Source: Octopus vulgaris (lineage: Eukaryota). Taken from it: DNA of 64,000 nt. The notes below the pieces were generated by a model. The model saw only the letters and a list, made by a program, of their open reading frames with translations, made no database searches and was not told where the DNA came from. The DNA lies in contig OX597837.1 of NCBI GenBank assembly GCA_951406725.2, positions 37,572,001 to 37,636,000 of the forward strand, given 5' to 3'. Position numbers and translations under genes: made by a program. Below, piece by piece: positions 27,690 through 41,046 of this stretch. The stretch's first letter is position 1, and each line of letters starts with the position of its first letter.

Positions 27690-28630
27690 GTTGCCTATGT
27701 TCAGATCTCTCTAGGAGGAAGACCTCAGCATGTTCTCTCCACCAACCACAGTCGGATGTGGAGGCCATGAATCTGAGCCTGAGATCAGACTGGTTTGATG
27801 AGCCTACTCAGCCACACTGGCTCAACATGGCTTTGGCATGGGAATGCAGGTTTTCTACTCATACCAAAGACTGAGCTGAGGTTGGATTGGACTGGATTGC
27901 CCATGTTCAATCTACTGCAGGACAAAGGCCTCACCATGTTCTCTCCAGCAACCACAACCTGATGTGGAGACAATGAATCTGAGCTTGAGATCATACTGGT
28001 TTGATGAGCCTACTCAGCCACACTGGCTCAACATGGCTTTGGCAGGGGGATGCAGTTTTTCTACTCATAACAAAGACCTGAGGTTGGATTGGACTGGATT
28101 GCCCATGTTCAATCTACTGCAAGATGAGGGCCTCAGCATGTTCTCTCCACCAACCACAGCCGGATGTAGAGGCCATGAATTTGAGCCTGAGATCAGACTG
28201 GTTTGATGAGCCTACTCAGCCACACTGGCTCAACATGGCTTTGGCAGGAGGATGCAGGTTTTATACTCATACCAAGGACTGACCTAAGGTCGGATTTGGT
28301 TGGAATGCCCATGTTTAGTCCACTGCAGGAGAAAGGCCTCACCATGTTCTCTCCACCAACCACAGTCTGATGTGGAGACCATGAATTTGAGCCTGAGATC
28401 AAACTGGTTTGATAAGCGTACTCAGCCACACTGGCTCAACATAGCTTGGCAGGGGGATGCAGGTTTTCTACTCATACCAAAGACTGACCTGAGGTTGGAT
28501 TGCCTATATTCAATCCACTGCAGGACAAAGGCTTCATCACCAACTGCGGTCTGACGTGGAGGCCATGAATTTGAGCTTGAGATCATACCAGTTGTATGAA
28601 CCCATTCTGCCACACTAGCTCAATATAGCT
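27690..28630. repeat. Tandem array, about 195-207-bp unit, about 4.5 copies
   Basis: Unit motif (G)GCCTCA(C/G)CATGTTCTCTCC recurs near 27721, 27928, 28129, 28335 and 28530. Confidence 0.9.
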
Positions 28631-28708
28631 TGGTAGAAGGACACAGATTTTTTATACTGTTACCCAGGAGTAATTAAGGCCCCCAGTACTTATTTTATCG
28701 ACCCAGAA

Positions 28709-28900
28709 AGGCCTTGAAACAGATGGCTGGATGTGATTGGGGGAGATCTCCAAACGTTTTGTGTCACTTTGGAGAATGCAGAGGGACTGGCGTAGGACCG
28801 CCAGCGATGGGCATCACTGGTGGACCTGGTCAGCTCTGTGCATGGTGATACCTTTGGGACCACTACCTTGGAATGACCTCAGCCCCATTAAGCAAGAGCG
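28709..28900 (+). mobile_element. RTE-clade LINE C-terminal fragment (decayed)
   Basis: RP*NRWLDVIGGDLQTFCVTLENAEGLA*DRQRWASLVD matches the RP..RW.D....DL......A.DR..W..LV pattern; two in-frame stops. Confidence 0.65.
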
Positions 28901-29191
28901 TGACCTATCTACCCACCTGAAAGGATAAAAAGCAGAGTTAACTTCAGCAGAATTTGAACTTACAATGTAAGGACAGACGAACTACCATTAAGCATTTCGC
29001 CAGGTGTGCTAATGACTCTGGCAGCCCACCAACTACTTAAAAGTACAATACTAGCGATAAATTATTTAGGTAATTCTTTTATTAAAAAAAGAAAAAAAAT
29101 CCATCAGAGCATATACCTGAAGAGAATGAAAACCTGTTCATCCATTTGTTCGTGTGTATGCTTCACCTGTTCTCTCTCTCTCTCTCTCTCT

Positions 29192-29405
29192 CTTTACTCT
29201 CTTTTACTTGTTTCAGTCAATTGACTGCAGCCATGCTGGAGCACCACCTTTAGTCGAGCATATCGACCCCAGGACTTATTCTTTGTAAGTCCAGTACTTA
29301 TTCTATCGCTCTCTTTTGCCGAACTGCTAAGTGACGGCGACATAAACACACCAGCATCGGTTGTCAAGCAATGCTAGGGGGACAAACAGAGACACACAAA
29401 CACAT

Positions 29406-29437
<32 letters not shown>

Positions 29438-29607
29438 ATATATACGATGGGCTTCTTTCAGTTTCCGTCTACCAAATCCACTCACAAGGCTTTGGTCATC
29501 CCGAGGCTATAGTAGAAAACACTTGCCCAACATGCCACGCAGTGGGACTGAACCCAGAACCATGTGGTTGGTAAGCAAGCTACTTACCACACAGCCACTC
29601 CTGCGCC
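29192..29607 (-). mobile_element. SINE family A, full length
   Basis: Reverse complement of the 975-1391 element. Confidence 0.85.
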
Positions 29608-30443
29608 TATCTACAAGTTTCACAATTCTGTGATTCTAACAAACAGTAAATTATATTATTCAAGTATAATTTCTTAAGAAACAGTATTGATATACTCAGC
29701 AGCGCGGCGGACTGGCCAGGTTGTCAGCTTGCCTGATGGCAAGTGGGTCCCTGCGCCATTAGAATCCATATATGGGGGCCCATGTTAGTATCTAAGGGGC
29801 CCATCCCCTCAAGTTTGAGAATTTTTTTATTCACTCCTTGAAGAATGCATTAATTATTTCAGCCTGGCTGTGTTTGCAGACAGTTGAAAAAATACTAAAA
29901 AAAAAAAAAATTAAATGGTAGCATTGTAGTTGCGCGTGGGTCCCCATAGTCTCCTGGCAACCAATATTTCTTTGACCCTGTCCACCACTAGATACACTGG
30001 AAGCTGTCCAGAGATCAGTAATGAAACCAATACCATGTCAGTCACAGACCATATCTTCAATATCTTGCTTCTCATTCTTCTCTGGGGTTCTCAACCCTTC
30101 CTTTTTTCTTTTTTTTCACCTATGGACCCTTTTGATTACTATTTCACTCTGGTGGACCCCCATAGCCATTCAATATTCAAAAACTAGTTTTTAAATCTAG
30201 AATCTTTGTTCAGTACATCATCAATCCCAAAACGTAATCAGTATGTGCCAGTCACGAGGCCAAATATCCCTGAAAGTTTCATCTGAATCCATCCAGCAGT
30301 TCTTGAGATATCTTGTCCATGGACAAAGAAACAAATGCAACTGAAAACAATACCTCCGCTTTTGCTAAGGCAGAGGTAATAATGAATTTATTATATACAG
30401 TCCTCAAGTACATAGAATAATGCACAGGAAGTGAATAGCAAAT

Positions 30444-30865
30444 CATCATCATCGTCATTTAATGTCTGTTGTTCATGCTGGCATGAGTTGGATGGTTTGA
30501 CCAGAGCTGGCAGGATGAAAGGCTGCACCAGACTCCAGTCTGATTTGGCATGGTTTTCTATTATTGGATGCCCTTCCTAATGCCAACCTCTCTGAGAGTG
30601 TAATGGCTGCTTTTACATGCCACTGGCATGGGTGCCATTTGTGTGACACCAGTATCTGGCATGAATGAGATTTTGCTCGGCTTGATGGGTCTTCTTTTCA
30701 AGCATGACATAATGCCAAAGGTCTTGGTCATTGCCTCCATGAGGCCCAATGCTTGAAAGGAACTCAACCATCTTGCCTCTGCAAGGCCCCATGCTCAAGA
30801 GGAACTTGGCCACTTTGCCTCTGTGAGGCCCACCGCTTGAAAGGAACTGAGCTACTTTGCCTCTG
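30444..30865 (-). mobile_element. RTE-like LINE ORF end joined to a family C 3' UTR
   Basis: Minus-strand LGLMEAMTK / DLWHYVMLEKKTHQA resembles an RTE C-terminus; it runs directly into the family C tail; ~40-bp internal tandem repeats. Confidence 0.55.
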
Positions 30866-31155
30866 AAAGGTAGGGGGCCGTCAGGTGCACTATTGGCAAA
30901 TTTCAGGAAGCACAAAAGTTTTGAAGGATGTAATGTCCTTAACAACTGATGAGGATAGTTTATTCCATACTTCAGAAATTCCAAGGGTCAAAAGAGGTTC
31001 TGAAAGTTATGGGTGCTGTGTTGGCTTTTGATTTTGTAAGCATGTTCCTCAAATGTTAGTCATGGAATTCAAAAAGGTGCCAAAGGTTGTTGTAAAGATG
31101 ATGGATAATCTTGTGGGTGTCTGCCAGATCAGTTGCCAGACATCTGAGTTTTAAT

Positions 31156-31820
31156 GGAATAAGCTGCCGGACATGATGGTGAAGATGCCGACGACCGCTC
31201 GGTTCAAAGTCTCCCTTGACCACAAGTGGCCTGAACTCTTTACATGAACACCACCCTGTACATAACTCCATGTCCCCCTACATGGCCTTGCTTTTTGCTC
31301 TTTGAGCCAAAAAATTAACTAACTAACTAACTAGCTAACTAATCGACTTAATACCTATGTCTGTCCTTGTTTGTCCCTTCTATCCGGGTTGCGGATCCAT
31401 GGAATAAGCTGCCGGACGTGATGGTGAAGATGCCGACGACCGCTCGGTTCAAAGTCTCCCTTGACCACAAGTGGCCTGAACTCTTTACATGAACACCACC
31501 CTGTACATAACTCCATGTCCCCCTACATGGCCTTGCTTTTTGCTCTTTGAGCCAAAAAATTAACTAACTAACTAACTAGCTAACTAATCGACTTAATACC
31601 TATGTCTGTCCTTGTTTGTCCCTTCTATCCGGGTTGCGGATCCGTGGAATAAGCTGCCGGACGTGATGGTGAAGATGCCGACGACCGCTCGGTTCAAAGT
31701 CTCCCTTGACCACAAGTGGCCTGAACTCTTTACATGAACACCACCCTGTACATAACTCCATGTCCCCCTACATGGCCTTGCTTTTTGCTTTTTGAGCCAA
31801 AAAATTAACTAACTAACTAA
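31156..31820 (+). repeat. Tandem triplication (245-bp period) of a CR1 3' end plus SINE B fragment
   Basis: AAGCTGCCGG recurs at 31161, 31406 and 31651; copies are nearly identical. Confidence 0.9.
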
Positions 31821-32244
31821 TGTGTCCATGCCCAGGGAAGCAAGATATTCAAAACATGATGGCAGGCATTCGTCTGGTTGCTCATATCTGAACAGTTTCC
31901 AGGAGATACGCCGAACTAGATAAGGGTTCCAAACTGGTGATGCAAACTCTAAGTGTGGACGTACCGTAGCCATAAACAGCTTTAACAATCAATCTCATCA
32001 CCAAAATCTCAAATGCTACAACGAGATAATGCATTATTAATTCAAAACAATCTGAATAAACAAGTGTAACATTTGCCCGAGTAATCTGAATGCCAAAGGG
32101 TTAAAAACGGTAAATTAACATGAAATTTTGATGGAAAGTTCTTAGATCACTTTAAAACCACGTAACTTGTATCACAGAACGTAAAACTCTGGGTGTAGTC
32201 TCAGATGCATTGATAACAAAAGAGTCGACATACACTGCTGGGTG

Positions 32245-32297
<53 letters not shown>

Positions 32298-34823
32298 TAC
32301 ATACACACACACGCACTATACTATATATATACCATATATATATATACACACAAAACTATAGATATATATATATATATATATATACACACAACACAATATA
32401 TATATATATAAACACACACACACACACACATATATATACACACACATATATATATATATATATATACATACACACACACACAATACTATATATATATACA
32501 TATATACACACACAATACTATATATATATATCAATCACTTTGACCCCTGTTTAAGAGGATCTCTCCTTGGTTTGTATGTTAGAAGTGGTGGTGGTGGTTG
32601 TGGTAGCAGTAGTAGTAGTAGTGATGTTGTTGTGATTCTAGTAGTATTAATGTTCATGGTATCTTTAGTAGTATTAACATTAGTAATAGTAGTAGTATAG
32701 CAAAAATATTGGGAAAATATTTAACCTTTAAGCAGTTAGAGAAGATCATGTGCTGTATCTCTTATCATTTCACTGATAACATCTGCCAGTGACATCCCAA
32801 CGGTGACCCACACCCACCGAAAGAAAAACAGTGAGCAAAACTGTGTTTGTTTGTGTGATAGAGATCTTAAACTTAACCCGTAGCATTACGCACAAACATT
32901 TTATTATTTTGTATGTGTCTAAGGTGGATGATGAAAAGGCAAGGATTCCATGAAACGGTGGTTGCTAATTCAGAATTAGGGGTTAAGACAAAAAAAGTGG
33001 TTAAGACAATTTAACCCCTTTTTGTTAGCATATTTCTGTGGAAATACACTGCCTTGTTTGAATTTGTTTTGAAATAAAAGAAGTGTTTAGTAAAGTAGGT
33101 TTGTCCTTTTTGAAGCTGGTGTAGTTAACTGGCCCCCTCCCTCAAAATTTCGGGCCTTGTGCCTAGAGTAGAAAAGATTATTATTATTATCATTGTTATT
33201 ATTAAGAATTGTTAGCAAGCTGGACAAAATGCTTAGCGGTATTTTTTCTGTCTTTATGTTCTGAGTTCAAATTCCGCTGAGGTCGACTTTACCTTTCATC
33301 CTTTCGGGGTTGATTAAATAAGTACCAGTTACGCACTGGAGTTGATATAATCGACTTAATCCGTGTGTCTGTCCTTGTTTGTCCTCTCTGTGTTTAGCCC
33401 CTTGTGGGTAGTAAAGAAATAGGTATTTCATGTCTTTACATTCTGAGTTCAAATTCCGCTGAGGTCAACTTTGTCATTCATCCTTTCAGGGGGTTGATAA
33501 ATTAAGTACCAGTGAAACACTGGGGGTCAATGTAATTGACTAGTCTCCTCCCCACAAATTTCTGGCCTTGTACCTATTGTAGAAAACATTATTATTATTA
33601 TTATTATTATTTGAAGCTGTATGAATGAACATGATTTAATGTGTATCCTTCTCTTTTGACCTTTTTGAGACCAACCCACCCAGGACTACTGTTAGTTCCA
33701 TAATACACACTTCCTGTTTTGAAGTAATTTGAGTTTAAAATCTCCCCCTCCCCTCTTTTTTTTAAAGCATATTTCTGTTCAAATACACTGGCTTCTGTTT
33801 CAATTAATTATGAAAATAATGAATTTAGTAGAATAACTTTGTCCTTGAGATTTTGGTGTTTGAAATATGAATTAACATGATCTAACGCATATCCTTCTCT
33901 TTTAATCTTGTTTGAGACCAACCTACCCAAGACTACTAGTTCCATAGTATAAAACTTCTGTAGTAAAAATTGTTTGCCAACATAACATGGCAGTCCTGAT
34001 GCCAGCGCCGCCTCGACTGGCTTCCGTGTCGGTGGCACGTAAAAAGCACCAGCACCATCCGAATCGTGGCCGAAGCCAGTGCCGCCTCGACTGGCTTCCG
34101 TGCAGGTGGCACGTAAAATGCACCAATCCGACCGTGGCCGATGCCAGCCTCGCCTGGCACCAGTGCAGGTGGCACGTAAAAAGCACCCACTACACTCACG
34201 GAGTGGTTGGCGTTAGGAAGGGCATCCAGCTGTAGAAACAATGCCAGATAAGACCGGAGCCTGGTGCAGCCTTCTGGCTTCCCAGATCCCCGGTCGAACC
34301 GTCCAACCCATGCTAGCATGGAGAACAGACGTTAAACGATGATGATGTTGCTGTAATTTAACCCCAGGAGACATCGTCTCCAGCTGGCTATACGACACGA
34401 TCTGTGTCCTTATATTTACGAATCTAAATTACAGCAACATTAGTCCTAAACCAGGACTGCCCTGTTATGTTGGCAAACAATCTTTACTCCAAAATACTGT
34501 TGCTGAATATCTCACATTGTGAGATTTAAAAACAGTAATTTTCTGAATTATAAACTTCCTGCTCTAAAAGTGATCTGAGTTAAAAATCATCCATCCAGAT
34601 TTCATGTAACTTTGTTCCAGACGCCAGCTTAATAACAACAAAATTATTTTACTAAATTCTTCAAGAACTAGATTAAGGTTTCGTTTTTGGATTTGGTTTG
34701 CAAGATTCTTTATATGAGTTCGTGTGTTGAAGCATATTCTGTTGTGTCTGGAGAGAGTCATTCTCTTTTAGTGCCTTATTATTTAACACACTCACCGGTA
34801 AAATTTCCACTTATTTTTATTTT

Positions 34824-34860
34824 CTAAAATTTTCGTTGCGTCTTGCAACCTTTTCAATAG
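34824..34860 (-). ncRNA. Minimal hammerhead-like motif with U3/A8 core
   Basis: Reverse complement: cta-TTGAAAA-g-gttgc(aagac)gcaac-GAAA-at-TT-tag; palindromic AATT stem III. Confidence 0.5.
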
Positions 34861-36772
34861 TCTTGACTCTGTCCGTTATTTACACTGCGTTCCCTTTTGT
34901 TTGTTTGTGCACATGTGTGTGGGTCAGTGTGGGTGGGTGTGCCTATACATGCATACATGTACTTATGTATGTGTGTGTGTGTGTGTGTTTGCATGTGTAT
35001 GTAGGTATATATGTGTGCATATGTATGTACGTATCCTGCATATTTATGTGCTCGCCTGTCCGTGTTTGTGTATTTTCTATGTATGTGTGTGTGTGAGCGT
35101 GTGTTTGTATATGTATGCACCTCTGTCTCCTTGTGTGTGCATATCTGTGTGTGTGTGTTATGTAACTATGTACCATGTTTGTATGTATGGATGTGCATCT
35201 TTATATGTGTGGATCTGTGTCTCCATATGTGTCTGTTCTTGTAACCTATGTACCTATCCGTCTGTATGTTGATCTGTTTATTTACATATCTAAATGCTTA
35301 CATACAGAAAAAAAAAAAATATAACAAAAAAGGTTGTAGTGTGAATAAAACACAAAAGATGATGTTACTCTTCTATGCTGTTAAACAGTGACCCCTGTTC
35401 TATCTCGGACATTACTTTCATTCATTCACCTAAACGTGTCACTGATAGATAATGTTTGTGTAAAATGCAGTATTGTTGTTGTTGATAGCAGAGCGTTGTA
35501 GCTTGCTTGAAGCATTGTTGTTGTTGTTGTTGTTGTTAAGCAACAAGACGGGTAAGGGTGATTAGGTGATGGTTTAGGGCTTAGGGGTGGGAGACCCCAG
35601 ACCTTGGGAAAAAAACCCAAAAAATTTTGGTCGTCTTGTTGTAGTCGAGGGCTCTTCGTTGATGCCCGAGACCACTGGGAGGTGGCCCTCGAAGTCGCTG
35701 AAAATGGAGATCTCCAGATCCAAATTCTTGAACAGCTGTTGTTGTTGTTGGTGGTGGTAGTGATGGTTGAGGTGGTGGTGGCGACGGTGGTGCTGGTAGT
35801 CATGTTGTTGTTGTCGATTTTTGGTTGGTTGGTTGTTGTTGTTAAGCAACAAGATGGGTAAGGGTGATTAGGTGATGGTCTAGGGGCGGGAGACCCCAGA
35901 CCTTGGAAAAAAAAACTTTGGTCGTCTTGTTGTAGTCAAGGGCACTTCGTTGACGCCCGACACCACTGGGAGGTGGCCCCCGAAGTCGCTGGAAATGGAA
36001 ATCTCCAGGTCCAAATTCTTGAACTGCTGCTTGAAGCATAGTGATAAAGAAGTAAAACAAGTAAGGAGAAAGAGCCTTTTAGAATTTGGGAAAAGAATAA
36101 ATTTAATAACTTCAATATTTCGGGCATAAAGGCCCATTATCTCAAGGGAACATTAAACCCATTACCATTAAAATTATTCTGTCAAATGTAATGTATATTT
36201 ATTCATGTTATTTTGATTTAATCATGCATTCTTTTATAGCTTCAATATTTCAATGATGTGTATCTTTTAGTCTTTTACTTGTTTCAGTCATTTGACTGTG
36301 GCCATGCTGGAGCATCGCCTTTAGTCGAGCAAATCAACCTCAGGACTTATTCTTTGTAAGCCTAGTACTTATTCTATCGGTCTCTTTTGCTGAACTGCTA
36401 AGTGACAGGGACGTAAACACGCCGGCATCGGTTGTCAAGTGATGTTGATAGAGGGGAGGCAAACACAGACACACAAACGTATACACACACATACATATAT
36501 ATATATATATGATGGGCTTCTTTCAGTTTCTGTCTACCAAATCCACTCACAAGGCTTTGGTCAGCCTGAGGCTATAGAAGACACTTGCCCAAGGTGCCAT
36601 GCAGTGGGACTGAACCTGGAACCATGTGGTTGGTTAGCAAGCTACTTACCACATTTTGTAAATGACATTGCAGGATAAGTGTAAGAGGCCAGATCTCTCT
36701 GGTTTGTACATAAAACAGATAGGCTGGCCATTGTGAGTGAATTTGGTAGAATGAACCAGTGTGGCAGCTCAT

Positions 36773-37155
36773 TGTGAGTGAGTGTGTGTGTTTCTGTGAG
36801 TGAGTGAGTGTGTGTGTTTCTGTGAGTGTGTGTGTGTGTGTTTCTGTGAGTGAGTGAGTGTGTGTGTGTTTCTGTGAGTGAGTGAGTGTGTGTGTGTTTC
36901 TGTGAGTGAGTGAGTGTGTGTGTGTGTGTGTGTTTCTGTGAGTGAGTGTGTGTGTATGTTTCTGTGAGTGAGTGTGTGTGTGTGTGTTTCTGTGAGTGAG
37001 TGTGTGTGTGTTTCTGTGAGTGAGTGTGTGTGTGTGTTTCTGTGAGTGAGTGTGTATGTTTCTGTGAGTATGTGTGTGTTTCTGTGAGTGAGTGTGTGTG
37101 TTTCTGTGAGTGAGTGTGTGTGTATGTGTTTCTGTGAGTGAGTGTGTGTGTGTTT
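36773..37155. repeat. Compound minisatellite TTTCTGTGAGTGA(GT)n
   Basis: Direct inspection. Confidence 0.9.
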
Positions 37156-37699
37156 GTGATTGTGTTTCCCCTCACCACCACTGCTTGACAAAATGGTGTC
37201 GGTTTGTTTATGCCCTTGTAACTTAGCAGATCAGCAAAAGACCGATGGAATAATTACCAAACCTTCAGAAAAAAAACCCCCCAAAAAAACAAAAAGTACT
37301 GGAGTCAATTTGTCCAACTAACCTTTTCAAGACAGTGCTCCAGCATGGCCGCAGTTCAATAACTGAAGCAAGGAAAAGATAAAAAAACCCAAAAAACACA
37401 GCAGTCCAATAATCCTGATCAGCTGACCTAAATTCTTTCAGACCATTGAAAATGTTTTTTTATCATAGCTAAGTAAAGGGAGAAAGGCATGCCATGTGAC
37501 CTTTGACCTCTTTTTGTTGTAGTTGGTGATGTTGCCTGCTGCTACAGAGAAAACCCATTGTTGTTGTTGTTGTATTTGTTGAACTCTGGGTCATCTCTAA
37601 ATGAGCAGATTCCAACAGTGGTCTCCCTGTCTTTTTAAGGGCTCTCAAAGCCTGCATTAGCTGATGATCAGCTGTGTGGTGTTGCTAGTTTAGGAGTAG

Positions 37700-38340
37700 G
37701 AGTAGGAGCGGCTGTGTGGTAAGTAACTTGCTTACCAACCACATGGTTCTGGGTTCAGTCCCACTGCCTGGCATCTTGGGGCAAGTGTCTTCTACTATAG
37801 CCTTGGGCCGACCAAAGCCTTGTGAGTGGATTTGGTAGACGGAAGCTGAAAGAAGCCTGTCGTATATATGTATATATATATGCATATGTGTGTCTGTGTT
37901 TGTCCCCCCAACATCGCTTGACAACCGATGCTGGTGTGTTTATGTCCCCGTTACTTAGCGGTTCGGCAAAAGAGACCGATAGAATAAGTACTGGGCTTAC
38001 AAAAGAATAAGTCCCAGGGTTGAGTTGCTCGATTAAAGGCGGTGCTCCAACATGGCCGCAGTCAAATGACTGAAACAAGTAAAGGAGTAAAGAGTATATA
38101 CACACATATATATATAACAGGCTGTATGTATGTATGCATGTATGTGTGTGTGTGTATATGTTTGTGTGTCTGTTTTTGTCCCCCCCAACATCGCTTGACA
38201 ACCGATGCTGGTGTGTTTATGTGCCCGTAACTTAGTGGTTCGGCAGAAGTGACTGATAAAATAAGTCCTGGGATTGATTTGCTTGGCTAAAGGCGGTGCT
38301 CCGGCATGGCCACAGTCAAATGACTGAAACAAAAGAGTAA
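37700..38340 (+). mobile_element. SINE family A, full copy plus a duplicated 3' half
   Basis: Head at about 37705, tail at about 38093, second 3' half about 38150-38340. Confidence 0.8.
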
Positions 38341-38994
38341 TGTATCATATAGATGTAATTTTTGATGCTGAATCTGAAATTGTTATTTATTTATTCTAGA
38401 AAAATTTTGTGAAAATCTTACTGGTATTCAAGTGTGATAATTTTCAGATAATTTTCATTAAGACGGATGATGATTTGCAAGTGATTGGCATGTTATATGT
38501 TAATTAACATGTGATTAGCATGTTACATCAGCAAAAATTTAATCATCACAAGAAGGGTTAAATATAATTCTTCACTTTCTTTTTTGGTGAATGTTCTGAG
38601 TTCAGTCCCAACATGTGGCACCTCAGGCAAGAGTCTTCTATTAAAGCCCAAGCTCTATCTGCGACGATTTCATCTCAATCGAAGGAGAGGGGCTTTCTCC
38701 ATCCGGGTTGCGGATCCGTGGAATAAGCTGCCGGACGAGATAGTGAAGATGCTGACAACCGTTCAGTTGAAAGTCTCTCTTGACCAGAAATGGCCTGAAC
38801 TCTCTGCATGAACACCCCCTGTACATAACTCCATGTTACCCCTACATGGCCTTGCTTTTTGCTTTTTGAGCCAAAAAATTAACTTAACTTAACTTAAAGC
38901 CTTGGGCTGATCAAAGCCTTGTGAGTAGATTTGACAGACAGAAGCTGAAAGAAGCTTGTTGCATAAATATATGTCTGTGTGAGACCATAACCCG

Positions 38995-39488
38995 TGGCCT
39001 CTACATGGGATGTAGCCAGTACACTTATGCATACCTTTCCTTCTTGGGACACAAAACTCTACTTGTGAAGACCTGTTGAGGCAAGTGAGAATCGAAATCG
39101 ATCAACATCAATGGAAATTACAGCTGTGATACCAGTGCCGGTGGCACGTAAGAGAACCATCCAAATGTGGCTGTTGCCAGCGCCGCTCCGACTGACCTCG
39201 TGCTGGCAGCATGTAAAAAGCACCATCCGTTCGTGGCCATTGCCAGCCTCGCCTGGCCCCCGTGCCAGTGGCACGTAAAAAAAGCACCATCCGATCGTGG
39301 CCATTTGCCAGCCTCGTCTGGCACCCACTACACTCACAGAGTGGTTGGCGTTAGGAAGGGCATCCAGCCGTTGAAACATTGCCAGATCAGACTGGGCCTG
39401 GTGCAGCCTTCTGGCTTCCCAGACCCCAGTTGAACCGTCCAACCCATGCTAGCATGGGAAGCGGATGCTAAACGATGATGATGATGAT
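38995..39488 (+). mobile_element. Family C: RTE-clade LINE 3' end or derived SINE with (GAT)n tail
   Basis: GGCGTTAGGAAGGGCATCCAGC motif, internal ~60-bp GGTGGCACGTAAAA repeats and GAT tail. Other copies at about 16685-16967, 18853-19143(-), 22018-22300(-), 26515-26919, 33997-34348, 51838-52060(-) and 60640-61110(-). Confidence 0.75.
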
Positions 39489-41011
39489 GCGTGCATATCT
39501 TTGGGTCTGTGTTTGCCCTCAATACAATTGCTTGACAACTAGTGTTGGTTTGTTTATGTTCCTGTAACTTAGCAGTTTGTCATAGTGATTGATAGAATAA
39601 GTACCTGGCTTTTAAAAGAAAAGTATTGGAGTTGATTCATTCGGTTACAAATTCTTTAAGGTTGTTGCCCCAGCATGGCCGCAGTCTAATGGCTGAAACA
39701 AGTAAAAATAGAAGATGGTGTTTAAACTGAATTGAGTGTTTGGTCCTCGTGATGGTGGTTCTTGAAGGAGAACCATTTTTCCTTGGTATTGCTTTTGTCA
39801 ATATTTCGTTATTATTGTCATCATGGTTTTCTATATTCTTCTTGACTTTTTCTCTGACCTTCTCAAACTTTTATCCTCATTCTTCTCAATGTTACCATTT
39901 TTATCTATTCTATCTTATACAGTCATGTTTTGTTTTTTTCCTTATTTTTCTTGTTGTTGCTGTTTTCGTTTGTACCAGTACCAAAGAAACATCTTCTTAC
40001 ATACCGCCAGCCATTGTCACTTAACGCACACACATTTATTTATAATATCTTTCTCTGACAATTCTTCAGTAAAAGTCATTTTTTCCCACTTTGACAAGCA
40101 AAATTTTCGAGGCAGACAACATCTTTCGCTTTACTGTTCCTGTACTTCTCATGGCTGCCACTCACTGTTCCTAAACTTGTTGACATTTCCAATTAAAATG
40201 TTCATCTCTTGACAGCAAACGACAGGGAAAATAACTGTGCTTCACCTAATTGGGAGATACTCAATGAGATTTTTAACCCTTTTGACACCGATCCCCTCAA
40301 TTCCGCTCTCGGGTTCTGTGATACAAAATTCTTGCTTTAACTCTTTATCATATTCTGCCCTCTTGCTTCTTTTATATTAAGACTGGTCATATCTGGCCTC
40401 TTTCACTTACCCTACAATGTCATTTTAAAAATAATCACATCATTGAAATCTCAAAGCTATGAGATAATCCATGATTAATTCAAAACAATGTGAATAAATA
40501 AGGATTACGTTTGAGGGCATAATATGAACACTAAAGGGTTGAAGTGATCTAAAATTAACATTTTCCATAAAAATTTTGTGTTAATTTCTGTTTCAAATAC
40601 CAGGTTAATAATCCTTTCTACTTTAGACACAAGGTCTGAAATGACCCCAGTGTTTCACTGGTATTTAATTTATTGACTCTGAAAGGCAAAGTTGACCTTG
40701 GTGGAATTTGAACTCAGAACATTAAAACGGACAAAATGGGGCTGAGCATTTCGCCTGGCTTACTTATGATTCTGACAGCTCACTACCCTACTAAATTCTT
40801 TGCCATTTTCAAAATTTGGTACAAGGCCAGCAATTTCTGGGGATGGGGGTGCAAGTTGATTACATCAACCCCAGTGTTCAACTGGTACTTATTTTATCAA
40901 CCCCGAAAGGACGAACAGCAAAGTCAGCCTTGGTGGAATTTGAACTCAAAACGTGAAGATGGATGAAACGCCGTTAAGCATTTTGCCCGGCGTGCTAACG
41001 ATTCTGCCAGC

Positions 41012-41046
<35 letters not shown>

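Noticed and set aside
39735-40215. Purine-rich minus-strand stretch resembling decayed coding sequence
   Set aside because: Multiple stops and no motif I can assign to a family.
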